The translations under genes and the position numbers were made by a program. From Dehalococcoidia bacterium (lineage in GTDB: Bacteria > Chloroflexota > Dehalococcoidia > Lucifugimonadales > JAGWBF01), in contig CBDCZB010000002.1 of assembly GCA_965224415.1 (NCBI GenBank), positions 266,450 through 330,449 of the forward strand: DNA of 64,000 nucleotides. Reading direction: 5' to 3'. Positions 19,844 through 29,284 of the stretch are shown one piece after another (position 1 is the first letter of the stretch; each line of letters starts with the position of its first letter). The notes under the pieces are model-generated. The model was not told the DNA's origin. It was given only the letters and a program-made list of their open reading frames with translations, and did not search any database.

Positions 19844-20314
19844 CTACCTTGGGGATGCACCATTGTTTCTTGAGCCACGGCTTGAGCGTGTTTTTTTTAG
19901 CCGCAGGCGGACCGTCTCGGGAGATAAAGACTCCACCAATCCCAACTCCACCACCTTGCCCGCCAGGGCCCGCATGGTCCAGTGGTCATGACCGTCGGGC
20001 ACCGGGCTGCAGGCCAAGGCTATCAGGTGGGCCTCCACCCTTTCATCCACCTTTCTGGGCCGGTTGACCTGGTTATGGTGCCTCAGCACCTCGTCCAGTC
20101 CTTCCTCGGCATACCGCCGCTTGGTGCGGAACACGGTCCGCTCCGACACGTCCAGTGCGGTGGCCACCTGGGGGGCGGTCCAGCCCTCATCTATCTTGAT
20201 CAGGATGCGGGCCCGGGTAATCGCCTGTGCGGAACTCCTCCCAGCCCTGATCATCTTCCTGAGCCGTCCCTTTTCCTGTGTTGCCAGCCGGACTCCGTAC
20301 TTCTCCTGCACCAT
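19844..20314 (-). CDS. IS630 transposase, N-terminal HTH part (upstream frame)
   Basis: MVQEKYGVRL..RKMIRAGRSSAQAITRARILIKIDEGWTAPQVATALDVSERTVFRTKRRY. Ends shortly after the A8 run (19891-19898). The -1 frame continues LKKNTLKPWLKKQWCIPKVGGEF into the DDE ORF. Confidence 0.8.
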   Translation of the reverse strand: MVQEKYGVRLATQEKGRLRKMIRAGRSSAQAITRARILIKIDEGWTAPQVATALDVSERTVFRTKRRYAEEGLDEVLRHHNQVNRPRKVDERVEAHLIALACSPVPDGHDHWTMRALAGKVVELGLVESLSPETVRLRLKKTRSSRGSRNNGASPR

Positions 20315-20423
20315 GACCACCTCACATCCCACAACCCTTCGTCTATCCCCAAGGTAGCATCCTGTCTGGGCTCACGTACTAACTGACAATGCCAGATTGG
20401 CCGAATACTAGTTGCTGAGCGGT

Positions 20424-21683
20424 TTATTCCTTTTTCGTAGGAGCGGGCGTTGCCTCGGGCGGCTTGGCGCCCATGAGACTGGCAGGCGGAATCAAGTCGA
20501 TGAGCCGGTCTCCCTCTTCAAGCAGGTCACGGTGGTCCATTCCCGGGGCCATCCAGTAGCGGATATGCCGCCCGTCTGCCTTGTGGATTATGACGGCGGC
20601 TTTGTCGTCTCTCGTCACGTCTGGGGCCAAGTCAATTTCCAGTCCACCTCTGGGAGTCGCAGACGGCGGCGGGTGCTCTTGCGGCGTTAATCCTTCGCTG
20701 TACCCAGGCGGAGTGGGAGTGGGCGTCTTAGGATTAAACGGTCGCCGGGTGCGTTGGGGCGTCGGCGTGTGGTCAGGCGGCTCAGGCGGATGTGAATCGT
20801 CCGACCGTCCAGCCGTGAACACAAAACGCTGGCCGACACAGCCAGTCCCATAGTAGAGCCGCTCAAAATGGCCGTAGTCCATCTGTCTCAGTTCTGCCGC
20901 GACTCTTTGACCAATAGGCGTCTCGGCGTCCAACGTCCCTGTTCGCTCAAATTCGTCGTACCACTCCAAGAGCGTCTCGTGGAAACCGGCGATGTCCCGC
21001 GGCGGCGTCAGCTTTCCCCACTCGGTCCGCAGGTATCGCCCGATGGCATCCCTGTCGTCAAACATGGGAATCGTCCGCACAATGTCGGCGCACCACTCAG
21101 CGTACTCGTCGACGCTCAAGGGTCCCTCGGAAGTCTCCCGTTCGGCCAGACGCGTCTTGACCTCCAGATCGCGGGCGATGCTCGAAAATACCTCCACAGA
21201 CGAGACGCAACCTGTGGCCGACAACGGCTCCCGCAAAGAGACTGGGAGACTAACCATTGATTCCAGCATGGCGTCATAGGCGTGCTGGAATTGCGCGCTG
21301 GGTCCTCTAGACTCACCGTCAGCCGTGACAAGGTACTGTAAGAACGCGGTCCTAGCGGTGTGGAACTCGCTTAACTCCGTGGGCGCCTTGAGAGTCAACC
21401 ATGAGTCCAGCCATGAATCCAACCATGCCCGATACGCCTTGGGGTCAGTTGACATGATGAGGAAAGGTTCGGAGTCCATCAACTCGCCGCAGACCTTGGA
21501 GTATTCGTTGACCGACAGAGCACGCGCTTGAAAGGCGGTGGGAGTCGAGACCTGTCGAGGCGCCGGCGTCACGGCGGGAGGGGACCGCATCTCAAGCGAT
21601 TGAGGGGTTGGCGTCGCTTCCCCGACGCCGCAGGCCAGGGAAGTCAGCATTACTAGGGCGAGGGCGAATATAAATCTCACCAT
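20424..21683 (-). CDS. hypothetical lipoprotein with internally duplicated domain
   Basis: Lipobox LVMLTSLAC. Two related segments (LSVNEYSKVCGEL...TGCV and LSVDEYAEWCADI...TGCV). Pro-rich region near the C-terminus. Confidence 0.5.
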   Translation of the reverse strand: MVRFIFALALVMLTSLACGVGEATPTPQSLEMRSPPAVTPAPRQVSTPTAFQARALSVNEYSKVCGELMDSEPFLIMSTDPKAYRAWLDSWLDSWLTLKAPTELSEFHTARTAFLQYLVTADGESRGPSAQFQHAYDAMLESMVSLPVSLREPLSATGCVSSVEVFSSIARDLEVKTRLAERETSEGPLSVDEYAEWCADIVRTIPMFDDRDAIGRYLRTEWGKLTPPRDIAGFHETLLEWYDEFERTGTLDAETPIGQRVAAELRQMDYGHFERLYYGTGCVGQRFVFTAGRSDDSHPPEPPDHTPTPQRTRRPFNPKTPTPTPPGYSEGLTPQEHPPPSATPRGGLEIDLAPDVTRDDKAAVIIHKADGRHIRYWMAPGMDHRDLLEEGDRLIDLIPPASLMGAKPPEATPAPTKKE

Positions 21684-21771
21684 CGAAACCCCCCAATTGG
21701 AACAGGGTGTTCCGTATCATAAGCCGTTGGGCCCAACTTCGGACCGATTCCCAACTCATACATCGACTGAA

Positions 21772-23511
21772 TCAGCGTTCAGATATCGTAGCATAGACTC
21801 TTGGCTCAGACTTGGTTGACCTAGGCGCGCGCTCCAGGACGGGAGTTTCCGTTGGAACAGGTGTAGCCGGGTACCCGCTCTCGGACACAGTATCCAAAGG
21901 CTTGGTTTCCGGTGTGGGAGTCTTGGTTGAATCAGATGGAGTCGAGCTGGCGCTTGGCGATTTTGAGTCGAGAGACTTCACCTCCCCTGCGGGGGTCTCC
22001 GTTGAATCATCCCGAAGCCCTAAGTCGCGCCTACAAGATGGAGGTTCAGAGCCGCCAGCGTGGAAATCGACGCCCTTGATTCGATGAGGGGCTATGCCGC
22101 CAAACACCACGGCTACATAGCCCGCCGGCTTGGCGACGAGACCGGGCGCTTCGACGGTGATAAGATGCCGGCCGCTCGATAGGGAGTGGTCCGAGATCCC
22201 CCATCTCCCGTTCCGCACTTCCAGCACGGCGACCGTATCCTCCGGCTCCAGGTCGTCTATCTGCCCCAGGCAAGTGAGCTCGGGGGGATAGTAATCCGGG
22301 GAGTCCTTTGGCAATGGAGGACCTATGTCGTAGACCTCGTTCCGCACACGCGGCAGCCGTTGTATCTTGACTGTTGCATCGGCTTCATCGGGGATTCCGT
22401 ATATCCGCCCTTGGACGCTTCTCTCCGGAAGCCAACCGGTCCCCTGGGAAACCGGCTTTCCGGCGGCGTCTTCGGGCCGTACGAATCTGAAACCCAGATT
22501 TCGCTCTCTCCAGTCCATACCCTCGGAAGGGACCTCGAACATCAGGCCCTTGCTCCAGGGAAGATAGCCCTTGGCCTCGGGAACCAAAATGTACGTGCCT
22601 TGGGACAGCCGCAGGCCGCGTTTTTCCCATGGACCGTTCCCCATCGTCCACTCGGCCACTATTTCTCCATGTTCCAGCCGCTGGCTGTGGTCAAGCTTAA
22701 GGAGTCTCATGGTCGCCCGGTCGCTCTTATCCAGGCCGGATACTTCCCCCGACAGCATCCCCGGCTGGGCGAGGGAGAAGCGGGCCGCTTCAATCCATGC
22801 GGTCACGCCGTCCAATTGCTGGCGCGGTTCCCCACTCATTAAGCCGTGGGACGTGACATCCCCGTCATCAACGACGAACTTCCTGCCACCGATGATTTCA
22901 AAGTCGTTGCCCTTCAGGTCGAAAAACCAGCTGTCTTGCGCCAGTAGTAACATGACGGTCTCGCCTATCTCCAATCCTGGCTCTCTGGTGGGAAGGCTGA
23001 TACCGCCGTCTGCCGCGACGAACACTGGTACGTGTACATCCACCTTGTTGTAGTAGAGACCGAACAGGGTCCTGTCCACTTCCACTGATGCCTGGTAGTA
23101 TTCCACCCGGTTCGTAGGACGGTAGAGCACGGGCGCTGTTTGGAGCTCGGACACCGACACGACTCGTCCAATGATGGATAGGTCAGCGTATTCGACGAAC
23201 AGCTCAAGGCCAGTGAACGGCGGTTCATCGACGTAGGATACTACCGGCGCTTCCATGTCGGTGAAAGGCGGCTCGCTCACATCGGGAGTAGAGCCGTTTC
23301 CGTTGCACGCTCCAATGATGAGGGCAGCCGCCGCGAGTGCGAGTAGAGACCCCAAGGGCAGCCATCGAGTTCGGTGGCCCAAGGCAGAAGTTGCCGAGTG
23401 TCGGACTCCGTTGGAAGACAGCCGCCGAACAGTAGCGGGCTTTCCACGAGCGCTTGGAACATTCTGCCCCGCGCGGGTGTGTGTCTTGGTCCTCACCGTG
23501 TTCCCCTTCAA
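21772..23511 (-). CDS. hypothetical membrane-anchored or lipoprotein, 579 aa
   Basis: Hydrophobic anchor LPLGSLLALAAAALIIGAC and an S/T/P-rich C-terminal tail. No recognisable catalytic motif. Confidence 0.5.
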   Translation of the reverse strand: MKGNTVRTKTHTRAGQNVPSARGKPATVRRLSSNGVRHSATSALGHRTRWLPLGSLLALAAAALIIGACNGNGSTPDVSEPPFTDMEAPVVSYVDEPPFTGLELFVEYADLSIIGRVVSVSELQTAPVLYRPTNRVEYYQASVEVDRTLFGLYYNKVDVHVPVFVAADGGISLPTREPGLEIGETVMLLLAQDSWFFDLKGNDFEIIGGRKFVVDDGDVTSHGLMSGEPRQQLDGVTAWIEAARFSLAQPGMLSGEVSGLDKSDRATMRLLKLDHSQRLEHGEIVAEWTMGNGPWEKRGLRLSQGTYILVPEAKGYLPWSKGLMFEVPSEGMDWRERNLGFRFVRPEDAAGKPVSQGTGWLPERSVQGRIYGIPDEADATVKIQRLPRVRNEVYDIGPPLPKDSPDYYPPELTCLGQIDDLEPEDTVAVLEVRNGRWGISDHSLSSGRHLITVEAPGLVAKPAGYVAVVFGGIAPHRIKGVDFHAGGSEPPSCRRDLGLRDDSTETPAGEVKSLDSKSPSASSTPSDSTKTPTPETKPLDTVSESGYPATPVPTETPVLERAPRSTKSEPRVYATISER

Positions 23512-23767
23512 CTGGTCACCGGATCGTTTAACGTATAGACGCTATCTATCACGAAAATGTTCCACACAACACATTCGAGCTTTCGTATATACCGTCTCCG
23601 ACCACGTTAATGATAAAACAATTCTTGATTGCCCGATTTGTCCCGTCCGCCTCGAGGATCAGCTTTAACACCGCTTCTAACCAGCCCCACAATTCGCTCC
23701 GCTCTGCGCGGCCTTCATCTGGAACAATTCAGAGGCTCCGACGCTGCTCTCCGCATCATTGTTTTTC

Positions 23768-23796
23768 TTGACTTGAAAGCCCCGCACAGGTACACT
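23768..23796 (+). promoter_or_regulatory. candidate promoter of the DUF1800-DUF1800-NHL cassette
   Basis: TTGACT, 17-nt spacer, TACACT. Followed by a leader of about 130 nt containing the hairpin CCCTGAAT-AAGTC-ATTCAGGG, and an AGGAGG RBS. Confidence 0.45.
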
Positions 23797-23925
23797 CCCT
23801 ATGTCGCCGCAAGGGACAGGGATTGCCTATTCACCCCTACGAAACGGCGCAAACCACAAGATTCAGGCGCCCTGAATAAGTCATTCAGGGCAACGGCGTA
23901 AAGGCTGCTTACATAAGGAGGCACA

Positions 23926-25335
23926 ATGGCCGACCCGGAAATCGCCCAAATGGCGCATTTGATGCGGAGGGCCGGCTTCGGGGCTACCCGCGACGAGCTG
24001 GAGCGTCGGGTGGCCATCGGCTACAAAGCTACGGTTGAGGAACTGCTGGACCCGGACGGCCACGGCGTACCCGAAATCGACGTGGACATGCTCTTCCGTA
24101 CCTTCCCCTACATAGAGAGCGGAGTTGGACCCCCGTCAGCCAGCAACCGACACATGTTCTACCTGTGCAACAACCCGCGGCCCCTTCAGGAGAAAGTCGC
24201 CCTGCTGTGGCACATGATCTTCGCCACCGGCAACGCCAAGCTGGACAACCCAAACGAGATGGCCCGCCAGATAAACATGTTCCGGGAGCTTGGCTTGGGC
24301 AGCTTCCAGACGCTTCTGTTGGAGCTGTCCAAAAACCCGGCCATGATCTACTGGTTGGACAACAACTACAACCACAAGGACCAGCCCAACGAGAACTGGG
24401 GCCGAGAGCTCCTGGAACTCTTCGCAATGGGCCAGGGCAACTACACCGAGCAGGACGTGTTCGAGTGCGCCAGGGCTTTCACAGGCTGGACGCTCGCTCC
24501 CAAGCCGCCCACCGGAGGCATCGGAGGCCGCTACATGTGGTACTTCCGGTACGTTCCCGAAGACCACGACGACGGGGAGAAGGTCTTTCTCGGTCACAAG
24601 GGGCGGTTCAACGGCGAGGACGTGATTGACATCGTCGTGCGCCAGCCGGCCACGGCCCGGTTCATCGCCAGGCACATATACAACTTCTTCGTGGCCGACG
24701 AGGTGCAGGTGCCCGCATGGCTTCACACCCCGCCCAAGGACCCGGTGGCGGTGAACATCATCGCCGACGCCTTTGTATCCTCCGGCTACAATGTCGGCGA
24801 CACGCTGCGTGTGCTCTTCAACTCCGACTTCTTCAAGGAGTCGGCCTTTCAACGCGTCAAGAGCCCAGCGGAGGTCATCGCGGGGACCATGAGGCTTGTG
24901 GGGGACTTCGTGTATCCCAGGCCAGGCCTGGAGCAGGCGGGACTGGAGTCGTCCTACATGGGGCAGTTCCTGTGCGACCCGCCCAGCGTGGAAGGGTGGC
25001 ATTACGGGGCTGAGTGGATTGACAGCGGCGCGTTGGTGAAGCGCATCAACTTCTGCGCCGACGCAGTCTCCAACATCGAGTACCCAGGCATTCGGGACAT
25101 CGTCCGGCGCATCGAGGCGATGGGACCCATCCCTCCAGAGAAGTTCGTGGACAACTGCCTGGACCTGCTTGGCCCGATAGATGTCGGCGATGCAACGCGG
25201 CAGGAGCTTCTGGTCATGGCTGACCAGGAGGGGGACCTGAGATGGGACACCGAGGAGGCCCGCGGCGCCTCAGCCCAAAGGGTTGGGGACATGCTGGCGC
25301 TGATAGCCTCCACCAGGGAATACCAGTTCGGCTAA
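23926..25335 (+). CDS. DUF1800-family protein, copy 1
   Basis: 469 aa. N-terminal AHLMRRAGFGATRDELE and WHMIFATGN, NWGRELLELFAMGQGNYTEQDV, FTGW blocks are typical of DUF1800. No signal peptide. Confidence 0.75.
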   Translation: MADPEIAQMAHLMRRAGFGATRDELERRVAIGYKATVEELLDPDGHGVPEIDVDMLFRTFPYIESGVGPPSASNRHMFYLCNNPRPLQEKVALLWHMIFATGNAKLDNPNEMARQINMFRELGLGSFQTLLLELSKNPAMIYWLDNNYNHKDQPNENWGRELLELFAMGQGNYTEQDVFECARAFTGWTLAPKPPTGGIGGRYMWYFRYVPEDHDDGEKVFLGHKGRFNGEDVIDIVVRQPATARFIARHIYNFFVADEVQVPAWLHTPPKDPVAVNIIADAFVSSGYNVGDTLRVLFNSDFFKESAFQRVKSPAEVIAGTMRLVGDFVYPRPGLEQAGLESSYMGQFLCDPPSVEGWHYGAEWIDSGALVKRINFCADAVSNIEYPGIRDIVRRIEAMGPIPPEKFVDNCLDLLGPIDVGDATRQELLVMADQEGDLRWDTEEARGASAQRVGDMLALIASTREYQFG

Positions 25336-25397
25336 ACCCTGGCGGACTTGGCCGGAAACATACGGCCCAAAGCCCTTAACAGACAAAGGAGGCGGCA

Positions 25398-26804
25398 ATG
25401 GCGGACCAGGATATCGCCCTGATGGCGCATCTGATGCGGAGGTCCGGGTTCGGAGAGACCCGCGACGAGTTGGAACGGCGGGTGGCCCTGGGCTACGAAG
25501 CTACGGTGGAGGAACTTCTGGACCCGGCAGGCCACGGAGTGCCCGAAATCGACGTGGACATGCTCTTCAGGACCTTCCCCTACATAGAGAGCGGCACCGG
25601 ACCACCCTCGGCCAGCAACCGCCACATGTTCTACCTGTGCAACAACCCTAGGCCACTCGAGGAGAAGATCGCGTTGCTGTGGCACATGGTGTTCGCCACA
25701 GGCAACGCCAAGCTGAACAACCCGAACGAGTTGGCGCGCCAGATGAACATGTTCCGAGAGCTTGGCTTGGGCAGCTTCCACACGCTGCTGGTGGAACTGG
25801 CCAAGAACCCAGCCATGATTTACTGGCTGGACAACAACGAGAACCACAAAGCCCAGCCCAACGAGAACTGGGGACGGGAGCTATTGGAGCTCTTCTCCAT
25901 GGGCCAGGGCAACTACACCGAGCAGGACGTGTTCGAGTGTTCCCGGGCATTCACCGGCTGGACTCTGAAGCCCAAACCCCCTTCCGGCATTGGCGGACGG
26001 TATATGTGGTACTTCAAGTACGATCCCGACGACCACGACGACGGCGAGAAGGTCTTCCTGGGCCACAAGGGGCGGTTCAACGGCGAGGACGTGATAGACA
26101 TAATAGTGCGCCAGCCCGCCACCGCGCGGTTCATAGCCCGCCACCTCTACAACTTCTTCGTGGCCGACGAGGTGCAGGTGCCCACGTGGCTCCACACACC
26201 GCCGCGAGACCCAGTGGCCGTGAACATCATCGCTGACGCTTTCGTGTCCTCCGGCTACAATGTCGGAGACACGCTGCGGGTCCTCTTCAACTCCGACTTC
26301 TTCAAAGAGTCGGCCTTCCAGAGGGTCAAGAGTCCCGCGGAGGTCATAGCCGGGACCATGAGGTTGGTAGGGGACATGGTATACCCCAGGCCCGGCCTGG
26401 AGCAGGCGGGACTGGAAGCCTCCTACATGGGACAGTTCCTGTGCGACCCGCCTAGCGTCGAGGGCTGGCACTACGGGGCCGAGTGGATAGACAGCGGCGC
26501 GCTGGTGAAGCGCATCAACTTCTGCGCCGACGCCGTCGCCAACATCGAGTACCCCGGCATCCACGCCATTGTGGAGAGGGTCGAAGCAATGGGCTCCATC
26601 TCGCCCGAGAAGCTTGTGGACAGCTGCCTGGACCTGATTGGCCCGGTAGAAGTCGAAGAGGCGACGCGGGGCGAGTTGCGGGTCATGGCAGAGCAGGAAG
26701 GGGACTTAAGTTGGGACACGGAGGAGGCCCGAGGCGCCTCGGCCCAGAGGGTCGGAGACATGCTGGCGCTGATAGCCTCCACCAGGGAATACCAGTTCGG
26801 TTAA
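25398..26804 (+). CDS. DUF1800-family protein, copy 2 (tandem paralog)
   Basis: 468 aa, collinear with copy 1 and identical at most positions. Confidence 0.75.
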   Translation: MADQDIALMAHLMRRSGFGETRDELERRVALGYEATVEELLDPAGHGVPEIDVDMLFRTFPYIESGTGPPSASNRHMFYLCNNPRPLEEKIALLWHMVFATGNAKLNNPNELARQMNMFRELGLGSFHTLLVELAKNPAMIYWLDNNENHKAQPNENWGRELLELFSMGQGNYTEQDVFECSRAFTGWTLKPKPPSGIGGRYMWYFKYDPDDHDDGEKVFLGHKGRFNGEDVIDIIVRQPATARFIARHLYNFFVADEVQVPTWLHTPPRDPVAVNIIADAFVSSGYNVGDTLRVLFNSDFFKESAFQRVKSPAEVIAGTMRLVGDMVYPRPGLEQAGLEASYMGQFLCDPPSVEGWHYGAEWIDSGALVKRINFCADAVANIEYPGIHAIVERVEAMGSISPEKLVDSCLDLIGPVEVEEATRGELRVMAEQEGDLSWDTEEARGASAQRVGDMLALIASTREYQFG

Positions 26805-26870
26805 GTCTTGGGCTGTGCCCAAACGAATGGCTAAATGGATAACAACCTAACTTAGGCCAAGGGGGACGGA

Positions 26871-28010
26871 ATGGAATCCCAGTATGTAGATGGCCGGATT
26901 TTCAACTACTACAATTGCCTTGGGGGCACGGCGCTGGCGGGAAAGGGGTTTTTCTTCCCCTCGGACTTTGCCCTTGGCTCCAACGGGAGCCTGTACGTTC
27001 TGAACAAGGCGATTGAGTTCAACCCCTCTATGGGAATATCCAAGGTGACGATGGACCACGAGTTCATCTGGGAGGACCGGGGGCTGAACTACATCATGCA
27101 CAGAGGACCGTTGCCCAGCGCAGTTGGACTGGACAGCCAGGAAAATGTATACGTCGCTGACGAGTTCACCAACCAGATATACGTATACGACAGCGAAGGC
27201 AACACTCTGGACACCTGGAGGCCCGGAGCCAACCCGTCAGCCAACGGCATCTCAACTAGGACTCTGGTGCACAGGTCCCCCATGAGCCGTCTTCTGCAGC
27301 ACGAATACTCCAACAAGGAAGGCGTCTCCTTCGACCTGTACCTGAGGAAGGTGGGGGCGCGGGACTCCTCGGGCGACGGCGAGCTTAACGGCCCGATGAG
27401 CATATACTTCGACGACAACGACAACATGTACGTCTCCGACAGCTTCAACCACCGCATCCAGGTGTTCGCGAAGGACGGCACGTACCTGCGCCAGTTCGGC
27501 GAGTACGGCGACGGAGACGGCCAACTCAACCTGCCCTGGGGCATTGACATGGACACGGAAGGGTGCGTCTACGTGGCCGACTGGAAGAACAGCCGGGTCC
27601 AGAAGTTCTCAAACGAGGGGAAGTACCTGGCCACTTTTGGAGGCCCAGGGTCCGGTGAGGGAGAGCTGACCAAGCCATCCAGCGTCGCCGTGGACAAGGA
27701 CGGCGACGTGTACGTGGCAGACTGGGGAGCCAACCGGGTCAGGATATACGACTCCGAGGGGACCCACCTGCTCACCCTGGCCGGAGACGCCGAGCAGCTT
27801 CCTCCCTGGCAGCAGGACAGGGTGGACTCCAACCTCGACACCAAGCGGGCGCGCATGAGGGCCGACCTGTCCACTGAAAAGATTCTCAAACGGCCCATAT
27901 CCATCCGCTTGGACAACGAGGGCAGGATTCTGGTCCTGGAGGCCGTGGCCAACCGGATTCAGGTGTACGCCAAAGAATCAGACTGGGTCGACCCCCCGTT
28001 CAACTTGTAG
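26871..28010 (+). CDS. NHL-repeat beta-propeller protein, copy 1 (no signal peptide)
   Basis: Repeated NHL units, for example NMYVSDSFNHRIQVFAKDGTYLRQFGEYGDGDGQLNLPWGI, CVYVADWKNSRVQKFSNEGKYL, DVYVADWGANRVRIYDSEG. Confidence 0.8.
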   Translation: MESQYVDGRIFNYYNCLGGTALAGKGFFFPSDFALGSNGSLYVLNKAIEFNPSMGISKVTMDHEFIWEDRGLNYIMHRGPLPSAVGLDSQENVYVADEFTNQIYVYDSEGNTLDTWRPGANPSANGISTRTLVHRSPMSRLLQHEYSNKEGVSFDLYLRKVGARDSSGDGELNGPMSIYFDDNDNMYVSDSFNHRIQVFAKDGTYLRQFGEYGDGDGQLNLPWGIDMDTEGCVYVADWKNSRVQKFSNEGKYLATFGGPGSGEGELTKPSSVAVDKDGDVYVADWGANRVRIYDSEGTHLLTLAGDAEQLPPWQQDRVDSNLDTKRARMRADLSTEKILKRPISIRLDNEGRILVLEAVANRIQVYAKESDWVDPPFNL

Positions 28011-28040
28011 GCCGGGTCCGCAACGGAACACTAAGAATCA

Positions 28041-28079
28041 CGGAAGCCCTGGACAGTCCGCCGGGGCTTCCGCCGTTTT
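28041..28079 (+). terminator. candidate intrinsic terminator after NHL copy 1
   Basis: 9-bp stem CGGAAGCCC / GGGCTTCCG with a 14-nt loop, then CCGTTTT. Confidence 0.45.
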
Positions 28080-28176
28080 AGCGCTCTTCAATGGCCGTGA
28101 ACACAGGCACGATAGAGGAATTGTCGATGTTCCCTGAACGCTTCCGCCGCGACGCCCAACTCTACTTGCAGAGGAG

Positions 28177-29079
28177 ATGCCAGTGCAGATAGGAACGTCC
28201 TTACCAATCACCGAATTCGGCCCAGACCTCAACGCCGTTAGAGACTTTGCCCAGGCCGCTGACGACATGGGGTACAAGGTCTTGAGCATGTTGGACCACG
28301 TGCTAGGAGCCGACCCTCAATACCACCCTGAGGTCGCCAACTTCTACTACACCCACGAGAGCTACATCCACGAGCCCTTTACCCTCATGGGGTATCTTGC
28401 CGCCATAACCAACAACATCACTATGGGCACCAGCATTATGATCCTGGCTCAGCGGCAGACGTCCCTCGTGGCCAAGCAAGCGGCCGAGGTGGACGTTCTC
28501 AGCGGAGGCAGGATCCGGTTGGGGATTGGCGTCGGGTGGAACCCTGTGGAGTACGAGGCGTTAGGCGAGGACTTCCACACCCGTGGCAGGAAGTTCGAAG
28601 AGCAAATCGAGGTCCTGCGCCTGCTGTGGACCCAGGAGAAGGTAAATTACGAAGGCCGCTTCCACACGATAACCGAGGCCGGCATCAACCCCTTGCCGGT
28701 GCAGAGGCCCATTCCTCTGTGGATAGGCCAAGGAAACCCCCATAACCCTGTCCCGAGGGAGCACATCCTGCGACGGATCGGACGCATGGCAGACGGCATG
28801 TTCCCCTTATTCCCCCCTGACGACGCCGGACGGGAGGTCATCGACAGGATCAAGGGGTATGCGAAGGAAGCCGGGCACGACCCGGATGCCCTTGGAGTAC
28901 AGGGTAGGGTGGTCATGTCCCGTGAGTCCAACGCCGAGGACTGGATAGCCTCAATGAAGCAATGGGAAGGCGTCGGGGCCACCCACATATCCGTAGGGAC
29001 CGGCGGGCTGGGGTTCGAGTCGCCTCAGGAGCACATAGACGCCATCCGGCGCTTCAAAGACGAAGTGGGGTTAGACTAG
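28177..29079 (+). CDS. luciferase-like (LLM class) F420/flavin-dependent oxidoreductase
   Basis: 300 aa. IGTSLPITEFGPD..VRDFAQAADDMGY, GGRIRLGIGVGWNPVEYEALG, FEEQIEVLRLLW are typical of the LLM family. Confidence 0.75.
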   Translation: MPVQIGTSLPITEFGPDLNAVRDFAQAADDMGYKVLSMLDHVLGADPQYHPEVANFYYTHESYIHEPFTLMGYLAAITNNITMGTSIMILAQRQTSLVAKQAAEVDVLSGGRIRLGIGVGWNPVEYEALGEDFHTRGRKFEEQIEVLRLLWTQEKVNYEGRFHTITEAGINPLPVQRPIPLWIGQGNPHNPVPREHILRRIGRMADGMFPLFPPDDAGREVIDRIKGYAKEAGHDPDALGVQGRVVMSRESNAEDWIASMKQWEGVGATHISVGTGGLGFESPQEHIDAIRRFKDEVGLD

Positions 29080-29284
29080 CGCCGGGCAACGGTCACTAGC
29101 CTTAATGACTATCAGCTCACCCTCGACATGACGGTTGCAAGCCTCTTCCCCATCGAGGAGCCCTTTGCGTAACTCCCCCTCTCCTCTTGGGAGAGGGTTG
29201 GGGTGACGGGCTGTCTCCGAACCCGACAAGGCAACCCTGGAGACCGGTTTTCGCCGGTATGACAGAGGTTAGCCAAAAGGCGCC

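Larger units (their letters stand above)
19187..20408 (-). mobile_element. IS630-family insertion sequence, about 1.2 kb
   Basis: Imperfect terminal inverted repeats GTACTGAACCAAATCAGGATTGGCAG (19187-19212) and, reverse-complemented, GTATTCGGCCAATCTGGCATTGTCAG (20383-20408). Each is flanked by TA (19185-86, 20409-10), the IS630/Tc1 target duplication. Carries HTH and DDE ORFs. Confidence 0.75.

Noticed and set aside
29177-29197. GC-rich hairpin CCCTCTCC-tcttg-GGAGAGGG between the LLM and cupin genes, considered as a terminator or REP-type repeat
   Set aside because: The stem is only 8 bp, there is no U-tract, and there is no second copy in this window. It is left unannotated. A genome-wide search would be needed to call it a repeat family.
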